From a virus, in the IMG/VR virus record IMGVR_UViG_3300023174_007026, positions 1-64,000 of that record: 64,000 nucleotides of DNA; one strand, 5' to 3'. A model generated the notes under the pieces. The model was not told where the DNA came from. It ran no database searches and saw only the letters and a program-made list of their open reading frames with translations. Position 1 is the first letter of the stretch. Each line of letters opens with the position of its first letter. The position numbers and the translations under genes are program-made. Below are positions 1-11,387 of the stretch, piece by piece.

Positions 1-145
1 ACTTGGTAGAATCAGAACACAACTGTCAGGCAGCTGCTTAAGGCTGTTGCTGCAGTGAGTGTGAAGAGTGTGCTGCCAATGCTGAAAAGCAAGAAGACAC
101 TCAAGAGTAGTTGCTGCAACTGATGTTTTTTGCTAAATAATAGCA

Positions 146-2626
146 ATGAACAACAGTCAAGTGCTCACATATGGAGTTGCGCCCATCAGCTTCTCCATTA
201 CCAATCCAGAAACATCAACAAATGATGCATTGGATGCTGTTGAACCCTTTTCATTGTTTGAGTATTTGCAGTATTCAAGAGAGAGTGTTTCACCAGAGAA
301 TCAAACAGCCAACTACAATGTATATTTGCGTTCTTGGTATGCTATTCATCGCACACCAGCAGTACAAGCTCAGGAAAACATCAAAGACATATACATCAAC
401 TTGTTGAGAGACATTGCTCTCAAATTTACAACAGTTGAAGAGAGAAGATTTTTAAGCAACATTGATTTCAATGACACCAGCGATTTAGCTGTAGCATTGC
501 CATTTTATGCGCAGAAGCTCAAAGACATTTGCTTGTACTACTCCCAAAAGAGAGATTATTTGGCCATTGTCAATCAGAAAAACAAGTCTCGTGGCTCAGC
601 CATTGGTACTGAAAAAGAAGTTTACCAATTGATTTTGGATTACTTGTTTGGAGATGATGGCAAAGACAATACATTTTCTCTGCAAATTCCATTGAGTACA
701 GTTGCTGCCAATTTGCAAATAGAGGTGGAGTCTCAATATGATGTTTACACCAGCTATTTTGATGTAAATCCTCAAGCATCAGCAGCTAGTCAAGATGCAA
801 CAGGGCTGCGTGCCAAATACTTTACAGCCAACACCAACATCATCACAGCAGGATTGTTTTTGGACATCAACAGTCAAATTGCCAGTGAAATCTTGCAAAG
901 GTCATTTTATTTGCAGCAGTTTGGTCCTTTATTTACCATCAACATTGGTTACACTGTAGATACATTGTTGGGTTCCAATTGTTCACCATCTGATTTAGCT
1001 AAATTATTGCAGACTGATGTTGCTGATGCAACCAACTTGCTGAATCTCAAAAAGAAACTCATTGAAAAGTACATTGGTGTTGATTTTCATTACTTGTCAT
1101 GCGGCAATACAACATCACAAGTGCAGAGTGGTGTGCTGTTCAGAGCTGTCAATGCTGCAGCCAACTTTCAGAACAAGAGATTTGCTGCTACAGCCAGCGT
1201 AGAAGCAAATCAATACAAGTCTGCTAGAGCCATTGGATGTTTATCCATGCCTTTTCGTCAAGGCATCATCACCATGACGCCTGCATCTTTTGATTACAGA
1301 GTCAATGCAGAGATGCTTGCACCCAACACGGTATACATCTTTCCAAACCCAGCCATAGCAGGCAATGTATCCAACATGCATTATGGACAATTGCAACATC
1401 CATATGATTTCTATTCCAACAAAATATATGATGCAAAATACATAGACAGTGGTGAAGCCTATGGTGACCCTGTGGTTGGTCCTTTTGTGCAACACTTTTT
1501 TGGCTACAATACACCCAATGATTTCATTGACTTGACAGTCAACAACTTGTCTGCGTATCACAATGAATTTGCTTCTTTGGTCAATCAAGGTGTTGTATCA
1601 GATTATGGCATTGATGTTTATGGCAATGAGTATGCTGTATTCAAACCTTTGACCAAATTCAACAGAGTTCAAACCAACACCAATGCAGTGTCTGCGGCTG
1701 CAGGTGCTTATGCAACACTGGTTGAAGATGCTGTTGATTACACACCCAACATCATTGCATTGAGTGGAGCAACTGCAGTTGCATCTGTACTCAGCACACC
1801 GCAGGTTGTCTCAGCGCAAGCATCATATGACATCAGTAATATTGGTGGGTTGTTGTATGTCAAGAGTGCAAAAACGGGAAAAATCACCAGAGTTGCAACA
1901 GTCATGGGCGATTTGTTCAACAAATATCCATCTGCTGTTAGAGCTCAAATATACAACAGTGTCAATACCATGCGCATCATTTATGATGTCATCATCATTG
2001 AGACTCAAAATTATTTGATTGTGGAGAAGATACAGTTGGATGCTGATGGTAACTTTGCATCACCCAACACCATCAACACATACATTGTGCATGATGATGC
2101 AACCAATCAGCATGTATCCAATGTGTTTTTAAACAATGCAGACAACAGCTTGTATTTTGTAAACCTTGCAACAGTTGCAAGTACATCTGCAACCAATGCC
2201 CCTGCTGTGTATCCAAAGATTTACCAATACAGACTTGCTGATAACGTGCTCAACAGAATCTATCCTTTGCCCAGCACCAGTCAAGCAGCAATAACTACAC
2301 AGTTTTCACCAAGCTCTGCAGTTTATCAATTCAAGCAATCTTTGGTCAATGTTGCATACAATTCACGCAACAATGCATATGCTGCATCATGGATTGGCTA
2401 TGATTTGAATGAGTTGCCAATGTTCAATGTGTGCACATTTGCTGTTGAAGCATCACAAGCTACTATTCAAAGCTTTTCTGTGTTTCAACCTGCATCATCA
2501 GCACAAACACAAAACTTTTACTACAGTCAGCAAAGCACCATGTTCTCATCTTTCTCAGCACTGAGTTCTTCAATCTCTGATGCATCTGTTGCAATCAACA
2601 ACAACCTATTCTCAGTATATTTGTAA
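146..2626 (+). CDS. Large putative virion structural protein (tail/baseplate-associated)
   Basis: 826-aa ORF rich in S/T/N/A, TAAATA 6 nt upstream, first gene of a co-oriented structural cluster. Confidence 0.55.
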   Translation: MNNSQVLTYGVAPISFSITNPETSTNDALDAVEPFSLFEYLQYSRESVSPENQTANYNVYLRSWYAIHRTPAVQAQENIKDIYINLLRDIALKFTTVEERRFLSNIDFNDTSDLAVALPFYAQKLKDICLYYSQKRDYLAIVNQKNKSRGSAIGTEKEVYQLILDYLFGDDGKDNTFSLQIPLSTVAANLQIEVESQYDVYTSYFDVNPQASAASQDATGLRAKYFTANTNIITAGLFLDINSQIASEILQRSFYLQQFGPLFTINIGYTVDTLLGSNCSPSDLAKLLQTDVADATNLLNLKKKLIEKYIGVDFHYLSCGNTTSQVQSGVLFRAVNAAANFQNKRFAATASVEANQYKSARAIGCLSMPFRQGIITMTPASFDYRVNAEMLAPNTVYIFPNPAIAGNVSNMHYGQLQHPYDFYSNKIYDAKYIDSGEAYGDPVVGPFVQHFFGYNTPNDFIDLTVNNLSAYHNEFASLVNQGVVSDYGIDVYGNEYAVFKPLTKFNRVQTNTNAVSAAAGAYATLVEDAVDYTPNIIALSGATAVASVLSTPQVVSAQASYDISNIGGLLYVKSAKTGKITRVATVMGDLFNKYPSAVRAQIYNSVNTMRIIYDVIIIETQNYLIVEKIQLDADGNFASPNTINTYIVHDDATNQHVSNVFLNNADNSLYFVNLATVASTSATNAPAVYPKIYQYRLADNVLNRIYPLPSTSQAAITTQFSPSSAVYQFKQSLVNVAYNSRNNAYAASWIGYDLNELPMFNVCTFAVEASQATIQSFSVFQPASSAQTQNFYYSQQSTMFSSFSALSSSISDASVAINNNLFSVYL

Positions 2627-2627
2627 C

Positions 2628-3110
2628 ATGCAAACAAAAACCATCACCTTTTCTCCAGTAGACAGCACTACCAATGCAACAGTATATTTGGATCAAGTGC
2701 AGCTCAAAGGAACAACTACCATCAATTATGTATTGACAGCATTTGACTCAGACAGCAATGACATCATTCAAACCATTGTTGTTTATGGTGATGGACAACA
2801 ACAAGTTTACAACGCTGATGTATCTAAATCAACATTTGTACAACCTGTTACCAGTGTTTCACATGTGTATCATTCACAATACTCTAGTTATATCACACAA
2901 TTATCAGCAGTATTTCAAGTTGTATACACCAACCTTGCGGTTGTCAATGTAGTTCAGCCTTTGAGGATGCTGCAGAGCAGTTATTATGAAGAAATCGGAC
3001 ATCTGCATTTGACTACAACACAACTACTGCCAGTCAGCAGCAATGATGCATTGCTTGTGTGTTACGATGATTACAGTAACTTGCATAATTTTGCAGTACA
3101 TGTGAGTTGA
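2628..3110 (+). CDS. Putative virion protein with PKD/Ig-like beta-sandwich
   Basis: ATG 2 nt after the previous stop; YGDG...SHVY pattern resembles PKD domains. Confidence 0.45.
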   Translation: MQTKTITFSPVDSTTNATVYLDQVQLKGTTTINYVLTAFDSDSNDIIQTIVVYGDGQQQVYNADVSKSTFVQPVTSVSHVYHSQYSSYITQLSAVFQVVYTNLAVVNVVQPLRMLQSSYYEEIGHLHLTTTQLLPVSSNDALLVCYDDYSNLHNFAVHVS

Positions 3111-3125
3111 TCATTAAATAAACGT

Positions 3126-6100
3126 ATGCAAAATTTGCAGTTTAGTTCCAATGTTACCAGCTTGAGTGTCAGCTATGCTTTTGACCCAGATGTTGAATTC
3201 ATTCAACAAGTCAACAATACAGAGCATGGCATTCAAATTTTTGATTGTCCAGTTGCAGCTGATGCAAATGATGCTACCGTCAGAGATTATTCTGTTTTGA
3301 CTCTCACCAGCCAAAAACGCATCAATGACATCTTGACTACAACAACGTTGGATGCTTCAGTCAAAAAAAGCATTACTACTACACTTGCAAGCAACAAATA
3401 CAAAGATGCAATTGGTGCACCATTGTTTGTATATTTCAACAACAGTGGTGAAACCAGCAGTCAGAAGTTTGACAGATATACCAGTGTAACATGCATAACA
3501 GCTGGTCAAATTGTAACTGAAGCACAAAAATTTTTCAATGTTGAATTGTTGGACAGCAATTATGCACGCATTTCTTATGTTTACAACTCAAATCATTATT
3601 ATTTGACAGTCACTACTACACAAGATGTTGCTTTTACTACTGTATATTCAACAGATTCTGTAACAACAGACATCTCAGCAGCGGCAACTGTTGCACCGTG
3701 GCAGGATTTTGATGATGTTCAGAGTGTATCAGCCATTGATGCAACCATTTTCAGATATTTTATATCCAACAACAAATTGTTGTTGCTTAAACCAACTGCA
3801 TCTCAAATGCTCATCATTGCTCCTGTGTCAGGAGCAGATGGTACATTCAAACTAAGTGCACTGACTACTGCGCAAGCACCAGACATGCAACAAAATGTGT
3901 TTGAATTCAGAAACTACATCAGCAATGTGAGCTTTGACAATGTTGATGCTTCATGGACCAGTTACGATATTTCCAATCTCAATGAGATCAACTTGGATGC
4001 ATCCAAAACTGCAACCAATCTGGTCAACAACTTCATTGTAGATGCCCAATATAGCAATATTCATGGCAATGCATTGCCAGCCAATTTGTTGATGCTTAAA
4101 AATCAACTTTCTCGTGACAACATTGCCAACAAAGGTGACTATACCAAGTTATTCAATGCAACACAGCCAGGTGTTCAATACAGAGACTACACCAGTTTTG
4201 CTGCTGGTGTAGATTGTGAAAACAATGCAGGCGAGATAGCAGTCAACTACACATATTACAGCATTGATTATGTAGCCAAGCCAGATGAATATACATTGTT
4301 CTCCACTGCAGATTCAATGTATCCCTACAGTGTATTGAATGTCAATGACAGCAGTATATCACAAAACGGCGCCATGGGAGCTTCATATCCTTACTTGGCT
4401 GACAAAATATTCAAAAAAGACTATTTCAATCCAGACAATGCATTTGGTTTGTATTTGTGCACTTGGTTATCAGCTGGATCCATCAACAGTCCTGCCATTT
4501 GGATGGATAGATATTACAATCCACAAATTACTACTGCTGGCATTGCAATGCAAGCCAATTCACCTGCATACAACTCAGCTGTATTTTCAACCATTTCCAG
4601 TGTTTCAGGAATAGAATTCTTTGACAAAATAAGTGATGTAGCTTTTGAGCCATCTGAGATGTATTTTTACAATCGCATTGGCAACAATCATGCAAAACAA
4701 CATGTTGCAGGCAACATTGACACTACATCTCTCATCAACCAAGACATTATCTACAGAGATGCAAATGCCAATGATGTAGGAACCATTGATGCAGATGGAT
4801 TGCTCAATGCAACATTCAATGGTCAAGTGGATGCTAAGATTCTACAATACAATGATACTACTGGTGTTGGGCAAATGAACATGAGTTTTTGGTTGGGTGC
4901 TGATGATTGGAGCCAAATCAATGCATATCAAATTCTTGGCAACTTGACTGATCATGGCTTTGGCATCATCAGAAATCCTGTTGTAACACCATTTATAACC
5001 ATTCAATCTCGTTCTTCTGTTAACTTTTACAATTCAGATTTGCAGCTGGTTGCTACTACTCCTGTTTCTGCATCATTTGCTAACAATGTATTCACCATTG
5101 TACAGTTTGAAGGTCTTAATGATATATTTGCAGTGCATCTCAATGGCACTGTAGCAAGATTGCATGCAGATGGTACATTGGTCAGCATTGATAATCCTGC
5201 AAATGATACCATTGTCAATGTTGCAACAGACAAGCAGCACATGTATTTGTTGTTGAGGGACAGGCAGACTGTTGTCAAGTACAACATTTATACCAGACAG
5301 TCTGAAACCATCAGAACCAACATCATTGATCCTGCTACCAATGCAGTTTCACCTCAAATTTCCAGCATCAGAGCCAACTCCATGGTTGTTAAAGATGCAG
5401 TTGTGTATGGATTCAATACAGATGCAGCTACATTTTATACATCTGAAAAGATATTGTCCTTGTCAGGATCCAACATCATTCAGCTTGCATATGATTACCG
5501 CAACACTGAGACATTGTTTTCTGGTGTTTCATCCACCATCAATGCTTTTGCAACTGACTCACAAAGCAACATTTACATTGGACATGACAGCAAAGTCACT
5601 GTATATGATGCAAACAGAACATTTGTATTCACACAAACATTAACTGGTGTTACAAATGATAATTGCACAGTGAGAGCCATCAACAGCTACTATGATTATA
5701 CTGATGATACATACAATCACAGCATCATTGCCATGGTTGTTGATACACAAAACAACATGCACTTGGCTAAACTCAATGCAACTACTGGTGCCATTGTTGC
5801 CAAAGCCAATACCAATTTTGCATACAATGGTTATGCTGTTTATAACTTGACCAACTTCAATCATGTCAATCAACAATACAAAAACAGAACTGCTTCTACA
5901 TTGACTTTTGCAATTCAAAACATTGATGTATTCAATTACAGCAATTCCATCAATTTGACCATTGATTTTGATGCTGCCAAGCTCAACAGTGGCTTTCATC
6001 ACTTTGCATTGCAGTATGATGCATACAATGGCAACTTAGCCTTGTATGTCAATGGAATTTTGACCAACACACTGCAGTTCTCTGAAATCAATTTGCCTGT

Positions 6101-6530
6101 CTCCAGCATTTTGGATGATGGCTTTGCCATTGGCTCATGCTATTTACGCAACAGTGTCAAACTCTCATCTTTTCTCAGACAGAACAACAAATTTTATGCC
6201 AGCAACTGCAGAATCAAGGATTTCAGACTATTTTCCAGACCCATTGACTTTTCTGACATCAGAATGTTGATGTTTGCAGCATACAGATCAAAAAATCTTG
6301 TGTTTGAACTGCCTGGTGGGCAGCGCAACAACTTGGACCGCATCAGCAAACTGTTTTCAGCAGGATCTCCTGGTTTCAGAAGCAACAAAGTCAAGATTTA
6401 CGTTAAAAACTTGGATATCAACAGTTCTGACTTGCAAAGCCGCATAACAACAGCAATAGTTGCAGAGTCCAAGAGAATTTTGCCTGCTACTGTGGATATA
6501 ACTGGTGTTGAATTTGTTGACTTTAAGTAA
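3126..6530 (+). CDS. Virion protein with LamG/concanavalin A-like domain(s) and probable beta-propeller
   Basis: 1134 aa; MSFW and FHHFALQYD...LYVNG...IKDFRLFSRP are LamG-like; TAAATA 5 nt upstream. Confidence 0.6.
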   Translation: MQNLQFSSNVTSLSVSYAFDPDVEFIQQVNNTEHGIQIFDCPVAADANDATVRDYSVLTLTSQKRINDILTTTTLDASVKKSITTTLASNKYKDAIGAPLFVYFNNSGETSSQKFDRYTSVTCITAGQIVTEAQKFFNVELLDSNYARISYVYNSNHYYLTVTTTQDVAFTTVYSTDSVTTDISAAATVAPWQDFDDVQSVSAIDATIFRYFISNNKLLLLKPTASQMLIIAPVSGADGTFKLSALTTAQAPDMQQNVFEFRNYISNVSFDNVDASWTSYDISNLNEINLDASKTATNLVNNFIVDAQYSNIHGNALPANLLMLKNQLSRDNIANKGDYTKLFNATQPGVQYRDYTSFAAGVDCENNAGEIAVNYTYYSIDYVAKPDEYTLFSTADSMYPYSVLNVNDSSISQNGAMGASYPYLADKIFKKDYFNPDNAFGLYLCTWLSAGSINSPAIWMDRYYNPQITTAGIAMQANSPAYNSAVFSTISSVSGIEFFDKISDVAFEPSEMYFYNRIGNNHAKQHVAGNIDTTSLINQDIIYRDANANDVGTIDADGLLNATFNGQVDAKILQYNDTTGVGQMNMSFWLGADDWSQINAYQILGNLTDHGFGIIRNPVVTPFITIQSRSSVNFYNSDLQLVATTPVSASFANNVFTIVQFEGLNDIFAVHLNGTVARLHADGTLVSIDNPANDTIVNVATDKQHMYLLLRDRQTVVKYNIYTRQSETIRTNIIDPATNAVSPQISSIRANSMVVKDAVVYGFNTDAATFYTSEKILSLSGSNIIQLAYDYRNTETLFSGVSSTINAFATDSQSNIYIGHDSKVTVYDANRTFVFTQTLTGVTNDNCTVRAINSYYDYTDDTYNHSIIAMVVDTQNNMHLAKLNATTGAIVAKANTNFAYNGYAVYNLTNFNHVNQQYKNRTASTLTFAIQNIDVFNYSNSINLTIDFDAAKLNSGFHHFALQYDAYNGNLALYVNGILTNTLQFSEINLPVSSILDDGFAIGSCYLRNSVKLSSFLRQNNKFYASNCRIKDFRLFSRPIDFSDIRMLMFAAYRSKNLVFELPGGQRNNLDRISKLFSAGSPGFRSNKVKIYVKNLDINSSDLQSRITTAIVAESKRILPATVDITGVEFVDFK

Positions 6531-6538
6531 ATATACAT

Positions 6539-8407
6539 GTGACTGATTACAACATCAACAAATTTGCATTTACAGCTGGTTCTGAGTTTACTTTGGATGA
6601 TGCAGCATACATTGGGTATTACAACATCAAGGATAACGCTGCATACACTGGCAGATTGTATGCTTCTGACTCACAATTGCTGCAATCCAGCAATGTAATT
6701 GGATCAGATGTAGCATTGTCAGAGTTCTTTAAAGACAGAATACCTACAAGTAAACTATCTTTGCCGTATGACTATAGAGACATTGAATTGCCACCAGGTG
6801 AAACACTCAATGCTCGTATGTTCAATGACAGATTATACAAGATATATCAGAACTTCTTGTATACATACACCAAATGTTTCATACCATACAACATTGATCC
6901 TTACAATCCAGTGAGTGTTGCTGCAACTAGACAAGGTGCTTTTGCATGGCAAACCAACTACAAAACAGTATCATTTGCAGCATTGCCTGCAGGCATTGGC
7001 ATTGACAGTTTCAATCAATCTTCTAAGATCATTGCAGTTGCATACACTAGACAACTCAACAAATATGCATTAATTGCTGCATTTCCAGGTAGTAGCACAG
7101 TCAATAGCACATTGTATTTGATTGATGTTGGAGATCCAACAATTGACTTGCAGAATATTCCAGCTGCTCAAGGTGCATTGTCTTATGATTACATTGATGT
7201 TATTGACAACAAGTATAAGAACATCACAGGCATAGCAGTGTGTAACAACTTTTTGTTTGTTTGTGATCAAGGCAACAATCAGATTTACAAATACAATATA
7301 GCAGACTTGCTCAATCAAGACAGATTACCTGATTTTAAACGTGTATTTGTAGAATCCATTGGTGGCATTGGTACTTTGACTGATATATCTAAATTTAATG
7401 CACCAGACAAAGTGTATGCATTTGATGCATTGCAAAGAGTCTTTGTATGTGATGCAGGCAACAGGTGCATCAAGGTGTATGATACCAACTTTATTCATCA
7501 AAGAACGCTGTCATACCCCCGCAACACCAATTATTATACACAAAGCATTGCTTATTATGAGCCACAACAACTGATTTTTGTGTTGATATATGATGCATCT
7601 GCTGAATCATACTTCATCAACATCTATGATACATCTTTGCAGATTGTTGAGACGCAAAATGTAACTTCAGCTGGTTCGGTTCAAGGTTTGCGCAAGGAAA
7701 AATTCAAAGAATTGTACTTTTCACAAAATGATTCCAATGTTTTATACATGGTTGCAGAGCAATACATCTATAAAGTGTATCTCAGTACATTGCAATCCTT
7801 CAGCAAATGGCTGCCTTACGTTTTAAGCAATGCTCAACTCAGACAACAACCAGATGCAGGCTACATTGATGCAACCATTATACCCAGCAACAATAATTAT
7901 GACATAGTCTTTGCATATGGATGTACATTGTCAGCCAATTACACTGGTCCAGTGGACAGAGTATGGTTTGTACAGGACAGAGTTTCCTTGAACAGTGTTG
8001 TTGCTGATAGAGTTGTTAGCTTTTATACACTTGAAAACTTTGGCATCAATGACAGTGAATTTTTGCAAGCATTTGTCATTAACAAAGAGCTATTTAAAAT
8101 GACATACAACATCTTCACACTGAGAAATCTCATTCGTGGCAAGTTTGCCATCAAGTTTGATGTTGCAAACAATGTTGTAGCTGACAACTATGCAGCATTG
8201 TCAGATGCTGAAGTTGATGTTTTGCGTGTAGATTACAAACAAAACATGTTTGTACATGAAAATGAATGCATGGAAAATACAGATGCACTCAACAGAGCAT
8301 TTGAAAAGATCTACAACATTCAACAAGGTTTAATAACTGTAGTTGATGCAGTTTACAACAACATTGCATTTTCAACAACACCAGGAACAACTGCTGTTGT
8401 GTTATAA
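6539..8407 (+). CDS. Virion protein with NHL-repeat beta-propeller
   Basis: LFVCDQGNNQIYKY and FNAP...VFVCDAGNRCIKVYD are NHL-like repeats; GTG start 5 nt after TAAATA. Confidence 0.6.
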   Translation: MTDYNINKFAFTAGSEFTLDDAAYIGYYNIKDNAAYTGRLYASDSQLLQSSNVIGSDVALSEFFKDRIPTSKLSLPYDYRDIELPPGETLNARMFNDRLYKIYQNFLYTYTKCFIPYNIDPYNPVSVAATRQGAFAWQTNYKTVSFAALPAGIGIDSFNQSSKIIAVAYTRQLNKYALIAAFPGSSTVNSTLYLIDVGDPTIDLQNIPAAQGALSYDYIDVIDNKYKNITGIAVCNNFLFVCDQGNNQIYKYNIADLLNQDRLPDFKRVFVESIGGIGTLTDISKFNAPDKVYAFDALQRVFVCDAGNRCIKVYDTNFIHQRTLSYPRNTNYYTQSIAYYEPQQLIFVLIYDASAESYFINIYDTSLQIVETQNVTSAGSVQGLRKEKFKELYFSQNDSNVLYMVAEQYIYKVYLSTLQSFSKWLPYVLSNAQLRQQPDAGYIDATIIPSNNNYDIVFAYGCTLSANYTGPVDRVWFVQDRVSLNSVVADRVVSFYTLENFGINDSEFLQAFVINKELFKMTYNIFTLRNLIRGKFAIKFDVANNVVADNYAALSDAEVDVLRVDYKQNMFVHENECMENTDALNRAFEKIYNIQQGLITVVDAVYNNIAFSTTPGTTAVVL

Positions 8408-8410
8408 ATA
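8403..8410 (+). promoter_or_regulatory. T4-type late promoter TATAAATA (representative of about 19 sites)
   Basis: 5 nt upstream of ATG 8416; gp55 is encoded in the window. Confidence 0.8.
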
Positions 8411-8415
8411 ACAGC

Positions 8416-9378
8416 ATGAGTTTACCACTCTCCAGCATAGTTTTAGGTGGCTTCACCAATGGCAACAGTTACTACTACGTCAATGATTTGACATGGTCTT
8501 TGCAATACAGCATTTGTGGACAGTCTGGTGCACAGGCAGGCATTTGCACTGCATTGTACACAAGTACAATGACTGATACAAGTGGATTGCAAGGTGGTCC
8601 TGGCAAAGCCATGGGATGCTCACCCAGCATTGACTACAGTGGCATCACCAAAGATGGTATCAACAACACCATTTTGACCATTGCCATTGATAGTTTAGGT
8701 GCTTATGCACTTACAGATGCATTGATTCCTGGAACTGCTGACTTGTATACCAATGGAGACTCAGCCAGTGGTCTCAATGTTGATGTTTTATCACGTGGTA
8801 CATACATAACCATCAGAGACAAAGACTTTTTCATCATTGATTCTGTACCTGTTGAATACAACATGTCAACAACAGTGCAGCAATTTAAAACTCTGCGGTT
8901 CAGACTCACCAATGGCGGAAACAATCTCATTGTAAGTACGTTGGATTCACAAAATGATTACATAGATTTAGCTAATATAAGTGTTAATTTACAGCCTGCA
9001 TTGCTGGATCAATGCAAAGTTGGTATTGTTTATGCTTCTCCCTTGGTCAACAATGATGTTGCTCCAGCACGATTTGATGTGCAGCGTTATCATGTTCAAG
9101 GTGCAGATGTTACACCTACTTCTGTAGCACTTGTTGAACCACTGCAAGTTCTTTCTTTGCCGTTTGTTAATCCAGTGTCGCTTAGCTTTGTACCAGTTGG
9201 TTCAGCCACAAAACCAGACATTGATGGACCAGGTGCTGCTAATATTGGTAATCTTTCACTCACTGCTATTGCTGCATCTGCATCTTACATTGCGCCGACA
9301 TTTGCATTGTCTGCATTTGTAACCAATAGTACTAGCGAGCAACAAGCTATTACTTATGATAACACCATAACCGACTAA
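8416..9378 (+). CDS. Virion protein with L-type lectin-like domain
   Basis: GGPGKAMG...IAIDSLGAY pattern, beta-rich; perfect TATAAATA at 8403-8410. Confidence 0.45.
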   Translation: MSLPLSSIVLGGFTNGNSYYYVNDLTWSLQYSICGQSGAQAGICTALYTSTMTDTSGLQGGPGKAMGCSPSIDYSGITKDGINNTILTIAIDSLGAYALTDALIPGTADLYTNGDSASGLNVDVLSRGTYITIRDKDFFIIDSVPVEYNMSTTVQQFKTLRFRLTNGGNNLIVSTLDSQNDYIDLANISVNLQPALLDQCKVGIVYASPLVNNDVAPARFDVQRYHVQGADVTPTSVALVEPLQVLSLPFVNPVSLSFVPVGSATKPDIDGPGAANIGNLSLTAIAASASYIAPTFALSAFVTNSTSEQQAITYDNTITD

Positions 9379-9380
9379 TT

Positions 9381-11379
9381 ATGCCCAACAGAATTTATAC
9401 AACCATTGAAAATTTGCCCAATGCACAAACATTGGCTCTCAGCAGTCAGTTGGCAATTCATAAAGGCATTGATTCGTTTGCAGTGCGTCTATCAACAGTC
9501 AATGCATTGATGCGCAACACCATCAATCCTCCTTTGTCTGCACAATTGGATAGTTTGAGTTCAACTGCATACCCTGCAATTAGTGCATTGATGCCATTAT
9601 CAGGTGGTAAGTTGACTAATTTTTTATCGCTGCATACAGTTGAGCCATTGGATGCATTGCACATAGCTAGTAAAAGGTATGTAGATGATGCAGATGAACT
9701 TCGTGTTGCTGTTGCAGGTGATGCATTGACAGGGTTTTTGTCAGCTCATGCTGATCCTAATACAAATGTAGAGGTGGCTCGTAAACAATATGTTAATACA
9801 AGAGATAACAACATTGATTACATCATTGGTGTCAATTTCAGCGGGTTCAAAGTATCAAGATTTGCATTCAGTGAAAGAAATCAAGCAGTAGATGCTGGTT
9901 TTGCAGGAAAGTTTTTTGTGGTAGACAACAGCAACAGGCTTAAATTTATAGGTTCTGATGGTGATTTGTATGCTGGTGGCGGAACTGGTCCATTCAATCA
10001 AAGATTTGCAGATGCTGTTGTTTGTACTGTACCGTTTGTTTCCAGTGGCGAGTATGCTATCAGTGCAGCTGGTGATGCAAATTTTAGCATAATTTTATCC
10101 AATTATGGATATGTTTATACAACTGGTTCAAACACAGATGGACAGTTGGGCAATGGTACTACTGTTAAAAGACTCACATGGGGCATAATTAATCCTGCAT
10201 ATTTCGGCAATGTACCAGTTGTAAAAATTTTACTATCTGATGCTTCAAACTCATTAGGCAGCAGAACAGGCATCTTGGCAATCACTTTAAGTGGAGATTT
10301 ATATGGGTGGGGCGCCAATGACAATTATCAGTTGTCATTGTCAGCATCAGCATCTTACACAACTCCAAGACTCATCAATACTCCATCCAATCCACATGGT
10401 GGATCCATTAAAAATGTTAAAATTAAAGACGCAATGTTGACTGGCAGAGGCAATGCACTTGCTCAGTTTTCAGCTGTAATTGATGTAAATAATCAAGTGC
10501 ATGCAGTGGGCAATGGCAATGCAATATTGCCCATTGGTACAACTACCAATGGAACATCTACAAGCTTCAGCGCATGCAAAGTCATTGTTTCAGGTTCTGC
10601 AGAAATCAATATGACTGCTGATGCAATTTATGGCTGCGGCAGCTCCAATGTGTATGCTATTACTGCAGGTCAACTGTATGCGGCAGGTGCAAATGTTAAT
10701 GGTCAGTTGCTCAATGGTCTCAATGCTAATACATCTAAAAAATTTACCAAGTGCCAATTGGCAAGGTGTTGACATAGATGGAAATGCTGTAAGACAGAGA
10801 TTTGCTGATGATGTTGCATTTGTAAAAGCCATTGCAGGTACCAACAATGCTGGCAATGCTACAACAGTATATGTTGTTACCAACAGTGGTAAAGTATACA
10901 GTGGTGGTTACAATAGATTAGCAAGTGGGCATGCCAGAAGCATTGCATCCAGATCTAAATTTCTCAAAGCAGCGATACCAGTGGCATCATTGGCTGAAAA
11001 AAACATTGTGCAACTCAAAGCATGCAATTCTAATTTTGATCTTTCTGTGTGTATTGCACAGGATATACTTGGCAATTTGTATTCTGCTGGATCAAATACT
11101 TTTGGCGCTTGTGGCAATGGTACACTCACAACAAAAGATGGCTTTGCAATGGTTATAGCTCCCAACAATGTTGTTTGGAGTGATTACATTGTGATGTGTT
11201 CCAAAGCAGATAATTTGGCAAACAATGAACCTCATGTGCATGCTTATACAACTTCTGGTGAATTATACAGTTGGGGATACAATGGATATGGAGAGTGTGG
11301 TTTACCAGTACAGTATGGCATTGGCAATGCTTATACTAATGATGTTATTTCTACACCCATCAAAACCAGCATTGCATAA
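9381..11379 (+). pseudogene. RCC1-like repeat tail fibre/receptor-binding protein split by a +1 frameshift (9381-10772 plus downstream frame to 11379)
   Basis: LPLSGG..LT/ASKRYVD fibre repeats; GxNxxGQLG RCC1-like repeats in both fragments; joined product parallels the intact paralog at 11388-13556 to its end (ISTPIKTSI vs VSLPIKVSI). Confidence 0.65.
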
Positions 11380-11387
11380 ATAAAATT

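Noticed and set aside
10736-10745. AAAAAATTT as a programmed slippery site for the fibre frameshift
   Set aside because: A +1 shift is needed, and similarity to the paralog appears to continue in the original frame past this run (KKFTKC)
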